Shown here: positions 30,244 through 38,775 of the stretch, piece after piece
Position numbering within the stretch: the first letter of the stretch is position 1
Layout: each line of letters begins with the position of its first letter
Source: Vulcanimicrobiota bacterium
GTDB lineage: Bacteria; Vulcanimicrobiota; Vulcanimicrobiia; Vulcanimicrobiales; Vulcanimicrobiaceae
Assembly (NCBI GenBank): GCA_963820825.1
Contig: CAWGBN010000009.1
Coordinates: forward strand, 96,001 to 160,000
DNA length: 64,000 nt
Direction: 5' to 3'
Notes under the pieces: model-generated
Told to the model about the DNA's origin: nothing
Databases searched by the model: none
The model's input: only the letters and a program-made list of their open reading frames with translations
Translations under genes and position numbers: made by a program

Positions 30244-31675
30244 ATGCCCCTGCACCGGCGAGTGCTCCCGCGCGACTCCGATATAACCGACGTCTACGCG
30301 ACGCGGGCTATGGACGCGACGATCCCCAAACACCGCGTGCCTGCCGAAGGCTTGCGCCCGGACGTAGCGTTGCAGCTCGTCGTCGACGAGCTGATGCTCG
30401 ACGGTAATGCCCGGCAGAATCTCGCAACGTTCTGCCAGACGTGGTTCGACGACGGAATCCACAAGCTCATGGATCTCAGCCTCGACAAGAACATGATCGA
30501 CAAGGACGAGTATCCGGCAACGGCGGAGATCGAGAGCCGCTGCGTGCACTTGCTGGCGCATCTATGGAATTCGCCGGCAGCCGGAACGACGATCGGATGC
30601 TCGACGACCGGTTCGAGCGAAGCTGCGATGCTCGGCGGGCTCGCCCTCAAGTGGAAGTGGCGCGAACGTCGCGCGAAGGCCGGTAAGCCCAGCGACAAGC
30701 CGAACATCATTACCGGGCCGGTGCAAGTTTGTTGGCACAAGTTCGCACGCTACTTCGACGTCGAGCTTCGGGAGGTTCCACTGGAGCGCGACCGTCTGGT
30801 CATGACGCCGGAGGAAGTCCTCAAGCGCGTCGACGAGAACACGATCGGCGTCGTGCCGACGTTCGGCGTCACGTTCACGTGTCAATACGAGCCGGTCGCG
30901 CAAATCGCCGAAGCGCTCGACACGCTCCAACGCGATACCGGACTCGATATTCCGATCCACGTCGACGGCGCGTCCGGCGCATTCATCGCGCCGTTCGTCG
31001 AGCCCGAGATCCTGTGGGATTTTCGCTTGCCGCGCGTGCGATCGATCAACGCGTCCGGCCATAAATTTGGATTGGCGCCGCTGGGCGTCGGGTGGGTGAT
31101 TTGGCGCGAAGCGAGCGATCTGCCCGAAGGCCTCGATCTTCCACGTCAACTATCTCGGCGGCGACATGCCGACGTTCGCGCTCAACTTCTCTCGGCCCGG
31201 CGGACAGGTCATCTGCCAATACTATCTGATGCTGCGCCTGGGCATGGACGGCTACCGGCGCATCCACCAAGGCTGCTACGACGTCGCGCAACACGTCGCG
31301 CGCCGCATCGCCGCGCTCGGTCCGTTCGAAGTGCTCTTCGACGGCGACAGCCGCAATGGAATTCCGGCGGTATCGTGGACGATGCGCAATCCGGGTGCGG
31401 GATATTCGCTATTCGACCTCTCCGATCGATTGCGCGCGCGCGGCTGGCAGGTCGCCGCGTACACGATGGTCCCGAACATCACCGACATGGCCGTGATGCG
31501 CGTGCTGATCCGACACGGCTTTAGCCTGGATTCTGCCGACGCATTACTCGAAGATCATTCGCCGGTCTTTGGAATACTTCAAGACGCATCCGATTTCTAA
31601 ACCGATGACGGAGCGAGGAGGGCGCCTCGCACGATCACCATGCGCGCCCGCGCGCGGTCGGCGTCAGGCGCGAGA
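30244..31675 (+). CDS. gadB: Glutamate decarboxylase (frameshifts near 31135 and in the C-terminal tail; end approximate)
   Basis: [35 protein letters not shown] lysine in [10 protein letters not shown], then [20 protein letters not shown] and GWQVAAY in a shifted frame. Confidence 0.9.
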
Positions 31676-32776
31676 TCAGTGAGACGCAACGTGCAACTTG
31701 ATCCAGGCGGCCATGTATTCACGGTACCCGGGTAACACTCGCGGCCCGATTTGAATGTCATGATCCGCAGTTTCGAAGATATGAATCGTCACATCGGCGT
31801 TCGAGTTCGCGCGTAACGCTCGTTGAAAGACGGCGATAGATCGCTCAACTGGAACATTCTCGTCGTGCCCACCATAGATCAGAAGCAGCGGCGAGCTGAG
31901 AGATGTGTAGAGTTCGGTCGGCTCCGACCACGTACGCGGATCGCGATAGAACTCATACCTCGAAGGATCGGATCGATCGATCGCTGCGAGGCGGCCGGGA
32001 GGCGGCAGTTGGTTGGAGGCCGGGACGTCGTCGCGAAACTCAACCTTACGGAACTTCTTGAGCAGCCCGTTCGCTACAGCACGCGATACAAGAGCCTGCG
32101 CGCGTTCGTAACCGTGCCCGGTGCGATAATAGAATGCCAACGCATCGTGTAGTTCGATCGCGGCGAGGACTTCTGTGCCGCTCATTCCAACGGCGACAAA
32201 TTGTCCGGCGAGGTAGTAATCGTCGGACTGCGCGGGCGTTACTCCCGCGGGACTCACCAGGATCGTGAACGCCGAAGGGCAGGTCTTAACCGCGCGGGGG
32301 ACGATCCAGCCGGCCTGACTGATGCCGAAATACCCCAAGGTTCTTGCAGCTACGCCCGGCAGGTGAGAGGCGAAAGCGCATGCCGCCGCGACGTCGGCCG
32401 CCTGCACGTCGAAGTTGTCCGTCGCTTTGCCGCCGGAACCGGCAACGCCGCGCTTGTTGAAAGAGAACGACGCGATCCCCGCCTTGGCAAACGTGTGCGC
32501 GATTAGGCGCCAATACACCGACGCGTTGGCGTCATCATAATCGGAGCCTTGAACGAGCAATACCAATGGATAGCTCGTTTCGCCGCGCGGCACGAAGAGG
32601 CGGCCGACCAAGACAACGCTGCCGCTCTTGAACCGGTAATCTTGTGACTCGAACGCAGGCGTAGGCGCGGCAGACGGCGTGGGCGCTGGACTAGCCTGCG
32701 CGCGGGCCGCCGCCGGTGCCGCCGCGGCCCCTACCATCATAAGAAAAGCGCCTAAAATATTGCGAAGACGTAGCAT
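31676..32776 (-). CDS. Secreted alpha/beta hydrolase (S9/acyl-esterase-like)
   Basis: Signal peptide from ATG 32776, GISQAG nucleophile elbow, GGHDENVP, ADH. Confidence 0.85.
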   Translation of the reverse strand: MLRLRNILGAFLMMVGAAAAPAAARAQASPAPTPSAAPTPAFESQDYRFKSGSVVLVGRLFVPRGETSYPLVLLVQGSDYDDANASVYWRLIAHTFAKAGIASFSFNKRGVAGSGGKATDNFDVQAADVAAACAFASHLPGVAARTLGYFGISQAGWIVPRAVKTCPSAFTILVSPAGVTPAQSDDYYLAGQFVAVGMSGTEVLAAIELHDALAFYYRTGHGYERAQALVSRAVANGLLKKFRKVEFRDDVPASNQLPPPGRLAAIDRSDPSRYEFYRDPRTWSEPTELYTSLSSPLLLIYGGHDENVPVERSIAVFQRALRANSNADVTIHIFETADHDIQIGPRVLPGYREYMAAWIKLHVASH

Positions 32777-33001
32777 GGTTGATTCTCCTCGTCTCTTTCC
32801 CGCCTTACGGTATGCATGACCGATTGTTTCGCCCACGGGTCACGGCGAGGGACGCGCGCGATTCAGACATAGTCGTGGCGCCTCTGAGGATCCTCAGCGA
32901 GGAGTGCCCGCAAGGGTCGAGCAAATCGCATAGTTAAGGCAAGTGAAGGGCACCCCGATCGCCTTAAGGCGCACTCGATCACCATACATAAAGGATGGGC
33001 T

Positions 33002-33277
33002 ATGTTCATTTCGGTCATTCATAGGGTCAGCGATCCCGAAGCGTTTCGGACTACTGCGGAAAGCGCCGCGAACGACATCCCCGCCAACCTCAAGCTCCAT
33101 CAAACCGTGACGAGCAACGACCGCTCGACGGCGATCTGCTTATGGGAGGCCGCCTCGATCGAAAGCGTTAGGGACCTTCTCGAGCCGCTCTTGGGGCGGT
33201 TCTCCAAAAACGAATACATTCCGATCGACCCATCAAGGTCAATGGGACTACCGACGACTTCAAACGCGACTGTTTGA
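33002..33277 (+). CDS. Small hypothetical protein (dimeric alpha-beta barrel-like)
   Basis: AAGGA RBS; VIHRVSDPEAF and AICLWEAASIESVR. Confidence 0.72.
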   Translation: MFISVIHRVSDPEAFRTTAESAANDIPANLKLHQTVTSNDRSTAICLWEAASIESVRDLLEPLLGRFSKNEYIPIDPSRSMGLPTTSNATV

Positions 33278-33438
33278 GTCGATCCTACCGTCACGAAGGG
33301 ATCCGGCGTCGAAGCCGGGTCTCTTCAGCTCTTCCAACCTACATATTTTCTCACGAGCGTGCCGGCGCGCTCGACGATGTTGTACGAGGCATTTGCTCGG
33401 GGCGCCCGGACGTTTGCGTCGTCGCCTATAATACACTC

Positions 33439-33476
33439 TTGCCCACAATCGCAAAATAATTTAAGCTTAAATTATT
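33439..33476 (+). promoter_or_regulatory. Sigma70-type promoter TTGCCC-N17-TAAGCT overlapped by a perfect 22-bp palindrome
   Basis: -35 at 33439-44, -10 at 33462-67, palindrome AATAATTTAAGCTTAAATTATT at 33455-76. Confidence 0.7.
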
Positions 33477-33477
33477 G

Positions 33478-34143
33478 ATGAGTGAACTCACGCGGCACGC
33501 TTCCCCTGTGCAAGGCCCGCAAGGCCTCGCGTGGGATGGTGCGACGATGTGGTTGACGAGCGCCGCGAATGGCCGCTTGTATGCGATTGATCCGAAGACG
33601 TGGAGCATCCAACGCGAGTTCGTTCCGCCGTCCGAGTCATTGGGCATCACTTATACCGGTTCGGATTTTCGGCTGATCCTGGCGCCGGCGATCGACGAAA
33701 CGGATCTGGAGCGCGATCACCGCTACGTCTATACATTTTCGCCCGACGCGGGATTTGCGGAGTGTTTCGTATGTCCGAATAACTCCGGATCATTTCTAGC
33801 CTACGCAAACGGCACGCTGTATCTCTCACAAGCCTGGGATAAGAAAATCATCGAACTCGACAAACGCGGCGTCGCGGTACGCGAAGTGCAACTGGAGCGC
33901 CGGCCGGTGGGCATGACGATCGTCGATGGTGCGTTTTGCCTCGTGACCGTCGACGAAGAGTGGGGCGACGGACGCTTCGATCGTCTTGGCATCGACGATG
34001 ACACATCATCGATAAAAGCGCTTCGCTCGCTTCCATTCAAACCGCGCAGCGTTGCATTTGACGGCGAGCACTTCTGGACCGCCGATCGCAACAACCACGC
34101 GATCGTGTCGTTTCCGTTAGTAGACTTCGCGCCGAGGGCGTGA
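33478..34143 (+). CDS. Beta-propeller protein (Vgb/YncE/glutaminyl-cyclase-like repeats)
   Basis: PQGLAWDGATMW, PVGMTIVDG and PRSVAFDGEHFW blade repeats. Confidence 0.75.
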   Translation: MSELTRHASPVQGPQGLAWDGATMWLTSAANGRLYAIDPKTWSIQREFVPPSESLGITYTGSDFRLILAPAIDETDLERDHRYVYTFSPDAGFAECFVCPNNSGSFLAYANGTLYLSQAWDKKIIELDKRGVAVREVQLERRPVGMTIVDGAFCLVTVDEEWGDGRFDRLGIDDDTSSIKALRSLPFKPRSVAFDGEHFWTADRNNHAIVSFPLVDFAPRA

Positions 34144-34244
34144 AAAAAGACGTTAAGGCAAGGCTTCGCTTTCCACTCCCACGATCGGCAATCGGGCAGA
34201 GGGGGCAGAATAGCGCTCGATATCCCCTATCCCAGGCGAACAAA

Positions 34245-34331
34245 GGAGAGGGTGGGATTCGAACCCACGGAGCGCTCATCACGCTCAGCGGTTTTCAAGA
34301 CCGCCGCATTCAACCGCTCTGCCACCTCTCC
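34245..34331 (-). tRNA. tRNA-Ser(UGA)
   Basis: GGAGAGG/CCTCTCC acceptor stem, GCGGT-CTTGAAA-ACCGC anticodon arm, long variable arm, GTGGG-TTCGAAT-CCCAC T arm; no encoded CCA. Confidence 0.95.
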
Positions 34332-34574
34332 GCGACCCACCAAATGCCCTACTTACGGGTACTGCTGGCCGACGACCATGCTCACGGAGCGGCGGTCGCA
34401 CGCCATTTGCCTCACCATTTGCCTACGCGCTTTTAGTCCCTGTAGTTCGCGCCGTCAGATTATTATTAGCCGTATTTTTGACGGCTTAACGGGACGCTGG
34501 TATACGCGTCCCGCATTACCCGCCCTATCCCCGCTTCGAGGCTAAACCTCGCAGCAGCCTCGCAGTTTAGCGCG

Positions 34575-37364
34575 CTATTTCGATTCGTGTCGCTCGAGCG
34601 CGAGTGCTAGCGCACCCTCCGTTGCAAGCGCAGCACCCTCGGCAGTCAGTCGCGCGAGTTCGTCGGGCGCGAGCCCCTCTCGAAGGAGTGCGGTGAGGCG
34701 CTCATACGTCGTTATCTCGGTAAATTCACGCCTGAAGCCGAGTTGCCGGAACGCGGAAGCGGCGTAGCCCTCCAAGATTGAGGCTCGCGCGAGCTCGCCG
34801 CGCAACGCGTAGACCAGGGCGAGGTGCTCCACAACTTGCGCGACCTTCGCATCATCCGGTTCGCGTCTGGCATGCGGTCCTATTACTTCGTAGGCAGCTT
34901 CGATAACGCCAGGAAAATCATCCGCTGCGACGAGATAACCCGCGAGATTAACAAGCGCAGAGCGGACCAGCGCCGTCTCTCGACCCCGCCGAGCTTGAGG
35001 TAGGATTTCGCGGACAAGCGCAATCGCTTGCTCTGTCTGCCCTTTCTCGTGTTCGATCTCAGCAAGGTTCAGAACCGCGACGACTTCGTTGTGCGTATTT
35101 CCGAGCGAGCGGTGACGCTGTCGTAGCTGCTCCCAGATGCGCACGGCCGTATCGGTGTCGCCGTTCGCATCGCACAACTGGGCTTTCGTAAAAAAGAATA
35201 GAAGGCGGAGATACGCGGAGGCGTTCGGGATTGATTCAGCCTCAACAAGCGCTTTTTCAGCATCGCCCCGCGTACCAAAGGCTAAACTGATAAAAGCATA
35301 CTTTTGGAGCGCGTCTGCGAGTGTCGGTCCGTCACCGCTGGCCCGCGCGTATGCAACCGCCCGCGTTGCAAGCTCTAGCGCCCGCTCCGAGCGATTCGCA
35401 TGTGCGAGCATGTCGGCCAGCGGAGTCGAGAGCCGAGCGAGAAGAAGCGATTCACGCGTCGGAAGAGCCGCTATGAACGTCTCATCTCGCGTTATGCCCT
35501 CGTTGCGGAGTCCAAGCGGTTCCCAAGCCATCCCGATTTCTGCAAGAAGCCAGCCGCCTGCGGGGACGTCGGGTTTCGTCAGCGCCCAATCGAGCGCCCC
35601 TCGAACGTTATCCAACTCGGTTGCCAAAGCCTCGTTAAACTCGGTCCTTCGAGCGGTCCGTTCCCATTGAACCCGCAGTTCTGCGAAGCGGACCCGCTGA
35701 TAGTACAGGTGGCGGTCGGCGAGTAGCTCGCGTTCACCCGCGTCCGTGAGTTTCTCCGAAGCGTAAATGCGAGTTGACTCAAGAAACCGATAACGTACCG
35801 AGTCGACTGCTGGTTCGGCAAGAACGAGCGACTTATCAACGAGCGACGAGAGCACGTCGAACACGTCGATTTCATCTAAGCCTTCGCTGCTGCCGACCGC
35901 AACGGCTCCCTCCAGCGTGAATCCGTTTACGAAGGTTCCCAACCGCCGGAACAAGACGCGCTCGCGTTCGTCGAGCAAATCGTGACTCCAATCGATCAGC
36001 GCACGCAGCGTCTGTTGGCGCGGAAGGACGTCGCGACTGCCGCCGGTAAGCACACGGAAACGCTCATCGAGACGTTCCCGGAGTTGGCGCGGGCTGAGAA
36101 TCCTAACACGCGATGCTGCGAGTTCAATCGCAAGCGGGATGCCGTCAAGCCGCCGGCAGATGTCCGCCACGACCGGTGCGTTTTCGTCAACCAACGTAAA
36201 TCGCTTGTCGACGGCCGCTGCACGATCGACGAAAAGTGCGATCGCCGCGGACCGAGTCGCATCCGCTGCCAAAAGATGACCTGCTATATCCTCGGGCGGG
36301 AATTCAAGGGACGGCATGCGGTACGTCTCCTCACCATCAATCCCAAGTCCTTGACGACTCGATGCCAGGACCTTGACATTCGGACAACCATGTAGGATAG
36401 CCGAGATCGCTCGCGAGGCAGGTTCGATCAGATGCTCGCAGTTGTCGAACACGAGCAGCGCACGCTTCCCCTTGAGCGCGCGAACTAGGTTCTCCACCGG
36501 ATCGCCGTCGGGCGCGAGCGTGAGTCCGAGCGCCTGCGCGACGGTAGATGGGACGTAGTCGCCGCTGGCGAGCGGCGCGAGTTCGATCAGCCAGACACCG
36601 TCAGCGGAACCGTCGAGCAAATTCGCCGCGACTTGCAGCGCTGTGCGCGTCTTGCCGACACCTGCCGACCCTACCAGTGTGACGAGTCGATGCTGCTCGA
36701 TGAGTGCCATAATTTCGGCGATCTCCGCGTCGCGCCCAACAAATGACTTCAACTGCAGCGGCAAGTTGTTCGGGAATAGGTCCACCGAACGCAGCGGCGG
36801 GAAGTCTGCCGCGAGATCGGGCGAGACTAACTGGTAGACTTGTTCGGGGCGAGCTAGATCGCGCAGCCGATGTTCACCCAGATCGCGCAAGCTTGCCCGA
36901 GGTGGGAGTGCGCCTTGCACCAGATCGGTCGTGACACCCGACACGAGCACCTGACCGCCATGCCCGATCGTCAGCAGCCGCGCGGTGCGGTTGAGCGCAG
37001 GTCCGAAGTAGTCGCCCTCGCGCTCGTCGGCCGTGCCGGTATGAACGGCCGCACGCACGCGCAATCCATCGATCCCCGAGAAATCCTCTGCATCAAGAGC
37101 GCGGTGCGCGTCGAGTATCGCCACTACGGCGTCTTGCGGGCGCGCGAACGCAGTGCAGAATGCATCGCCGATGGTCTTAAAAACGTAGCCATCGTGCTGG
37201 GCGATCGCCTTTTTCATCAGCGCGTCGTGTCGACGAACGGCGTCTTGCATCGCTTCGCGGTCGCGGTCCCAGCGTTGCGTGCTGCCTTCGATATCGGAAA
37301 ACAGAAACGTGACCGTGCCGGTAGGCCGGGGGGCCCACGGCCCGGATTCCACCTGCGTTGCCAT
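34575..37364 (-). CDS. Class III adenylate cyclase fused to STAND (NB-ARC-like) ATPase and TPR-like region
   Basis: FLFSDIEGST, KTIGDAF, DYFGPALNRTAR; GSAGVGKT, LLVFDNCEH, ICRRLDGIPLAIELAA; start placed at ATG 37364. Confidence 0.92.
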   Translation of the reverse strand: MATQVESGPWAPRPTGTVTFLFSDIEGSTQRWDRDREAMQDAVRRHDALMKKAIAQHDGYVFKTIGDAFCTAFARPQDAVVAILDAHRALDAEDFSGIDGLRVRAAVHTGTADEREGDYFGPALNRTARLLTIGHGGQVLVSGVTTDLVQGALPPRASLRDLGEHRLRDLARPEQVYQLVSPDLAADFPPLRSVDLFPNNLPLQLKSFVGRDAEIAEIMALIEQHRLVTLVGSAGVGKTRTALQVAANLLDGSADGVWLIELAPLASGDYVPSTVAQALGLTLAPDGDPVENLVRALKGKRALLVFDNCEHLIEPASRAISAILHGCPNVKVLASSRQGLGIDGEETYRMPSLEFPPEDIAGHLLAADATRSAAIALFVDRAAAVDKRFTLVDENAPVVADICRRLDGIPLAIELAASRVRILSPRQLRERLDERFRVLTGGSRDVLPRQQTLRALIDWSHDLLDERERVLFRRLGTFVNGFTLEGAVAVGSSEGLDEIDVFDVLSSLVDKSLVLAEPAVDSVRYRFLESTRIYASEKLTDAGERELLADRHLYYQRVRFAELRVQWERTARRTEFNEALATELDNVRGALDWALTKPDVPAGGWLLAEIGMAWEPLGLRNEGITRDETFIAALPTRESLLLARLSTPLADMLAHANRSERALELATRAVAYARASGDGPTLADALQKYAFISLAFGTRGDAEKALVEAESIPNASAYLRLLFFFTKAQLCDANGDTDTAVRIWEQLRQRHRSLGNTHNEVVAVLNLAEIEHEKGQTEQAIALVREILPQARRGRETALVRSALVNLAGYLVAADDFPGVIEAAYEVIGPHARREPDDAKVAQVVEHLALVYALRGELARASILEGYAASAFRQLGFRREFTEITTYERLTALLREGLAPDELARLTAEGAALATEGALALALERHESK

Positions 37365-37878
37365 GGGCCGACGTTTCGTGCTAGGGGTGTTCGCCTCCGC
37401 CGAGCGCCCTTTACACCGGCCGGACGGTTCCAAAACCTTGCTGTTCGCTAAGATGTCGTACCGACGTTCGTCGTGCGCCGTATCCGACCAATCCATCAAG
37501 CCGCGGCAGCTCCCGTTACGGAAGCAATCCATCGTGGAAGCCTCGGCGAGCAGAGTCGGCAACGTAGCAAAATGGGTGGCCCGGAAAGTGAGCACGCTTC
37601 ATCAGATTGTCGAAGTTGGACCCGATAGCGAAGCGAAAGCGTCCCTAACCGAGCCGCCGTTGCGAGACGACAGAGCCCTTGAATAAGACTAGCCCTGGCC
37701 ATGCGGATTTTTTACTCTTAAGCAACATCTGCAGAGTCGTAAGAAGCGTGTGAGAAGGCCGTCCATCTCACTGATTTTCTCACCGATTAGGACACGATAA
37801 GGCTGGATTAGCTCGGATAAGCCTGCTAGTCGTGCTCAAATGGAACTTGCGAAGACTTATTGAGGTTAGCTGTAAGCA

Positions 37879-37917
37879 TTTCAAGACCGCCGCATTCAAC
37901 CGCTCTGCCACCTCTCC
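37879..37917 (-). repeat. tRNA-Ser 5'-half copy 1 (att-like), 39/39 identical
   Basis: tttcaagaccgccgcattcaaccgctctgccacctctcc matches 34293-34331. Confidence 0.95.
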
Positions 37918-37935
37918 ACGTCTCCGCTAGCGCTT

Positions 37936-37941
37936 ATTCTA
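37936..37941 (-). promoter_or_regulatory. -10 element TAGAAT upstream of tRNA-half copy 1
   Basis: attcta on the plus strand, 18 nt upstream of the G1-equivalent base; no clear -35. Confidence 0.5.
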
Positions 37942-37977
37942 TAAGGATTTTGCGCGACAGCGAGCCACCCTTCGGAC

Positions 37978-38175
37978 ATGCCAATCTGCTTGTGGTTGCA
38001 GTGTGATTGCAGTTGGTCGGCGCCACACCTGGCGAACGGGTCATTTCTCAGCAACAGCCCGGGGTGCCTGGGCCCCCCGCAGCGCATCGGTAGCCGCCGC
38101 GACGGCTCTCTCACGACCGCCCTCGACGGCGTGGAGCCCTGCCACGGCAGCCGAGCGCGCACGAAAAACTGCTAG
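37978..38175 (+). CDS. Possible small Cys-rich protein (65 aa)
   Basis: Six Cys and strongly G/C-ending codons; fills an otherwise empty gap; no RBS. Confidence 0.4.
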   Translation: MPICLWLQCDCSWSAPHLANGSFLSNSPGCLGPPQRIGSRRDGSLTTALDGVEPCHGSRARTKNC

Positions 38176-38210
38176 AGCACGCGCTCCGTCGCTTGTAACA
38201 AGCGCGTGCG

Positions 38211-38687
38211 TTACTTCATGTTGTGCGCAAGGTTCGCGCGCAAACTCCCACCGACGCCACCGATGAAGTCGTCGATCAACCAGCCTTGCGCCGTCTTTGT
38301 GACGACCACGGTCACGCGACCGCTCCCCGTCGTTCTCGCGTAGTGGATCGTTACAGGAACCTTCGCGCGGTTGCCGCTGATGCCGGCGGCACCGACGTTC
38401 ACCGACGACGCTGGAATCTGCGCGTCCTCGAACGGCTGGGCGTCGAGCACTTCGGCCTTGTTTTTCTGCTCGAAGGGACCGATCTGGCTCACTAAGCTGT
38501 AGAGCGACGACGTGAGGTACGGCTTCGCCCCGCTGAGATGGTCCAGCCAGCTCTGCGGATACTTTACCGACAAATCCCAGTTGTAGAAGGCGCGAACGAC
38601 CGCTTCAGGAGTGGTCGCCGCGGCCACGGGTGACGCGCAGGGCACGAGAAATGCAAGACCCGCGAGAAGCACAATACGGCGTAGCAT
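38211..38687 (-). CDS. Secreted DUF3828/YbjP-like protein
   Basis: Signal peptide from ATG 38687, TPEAVVRAFY, LDAQPF, GWLIDD. Confidence 0.75.
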   Translation of the reverse strand: MLRRIVLLAGLAFLVPCASPVAAATTPEAVVRAFYNWDLSVKYPQSWLDHLSGAKPYLTSSLYSLVSQIGPFEQKNKAEVLDAQPFEDAQIPASSVNVGAAGISGNRAKVPVTIHYARTTGSGRVTVVVTKTAQGWLIDDFIGGVGGSLRANLAHNMK

Positions 38688-38775
38688 ACGCTGAACGCTT
38701 CGACGCGGGCACTCGCTCGACCCGCGTGCGAATTGCGCCGCATGGAGCGACGCGCCGCGCGTCGTAAAGGCGGCG

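Larger units (their letters stand above)
34293..37917. mobile_element. Putative genomic island B bounded by 39-bp tRNA-Ser 5'-half direct repeats
   Basis: Identical 39-mers at 34293-34331 and 37879-37917, arm-like repeats at both inner ends, lower-GC cargo; no intact integrase. Confidence 0.65.
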
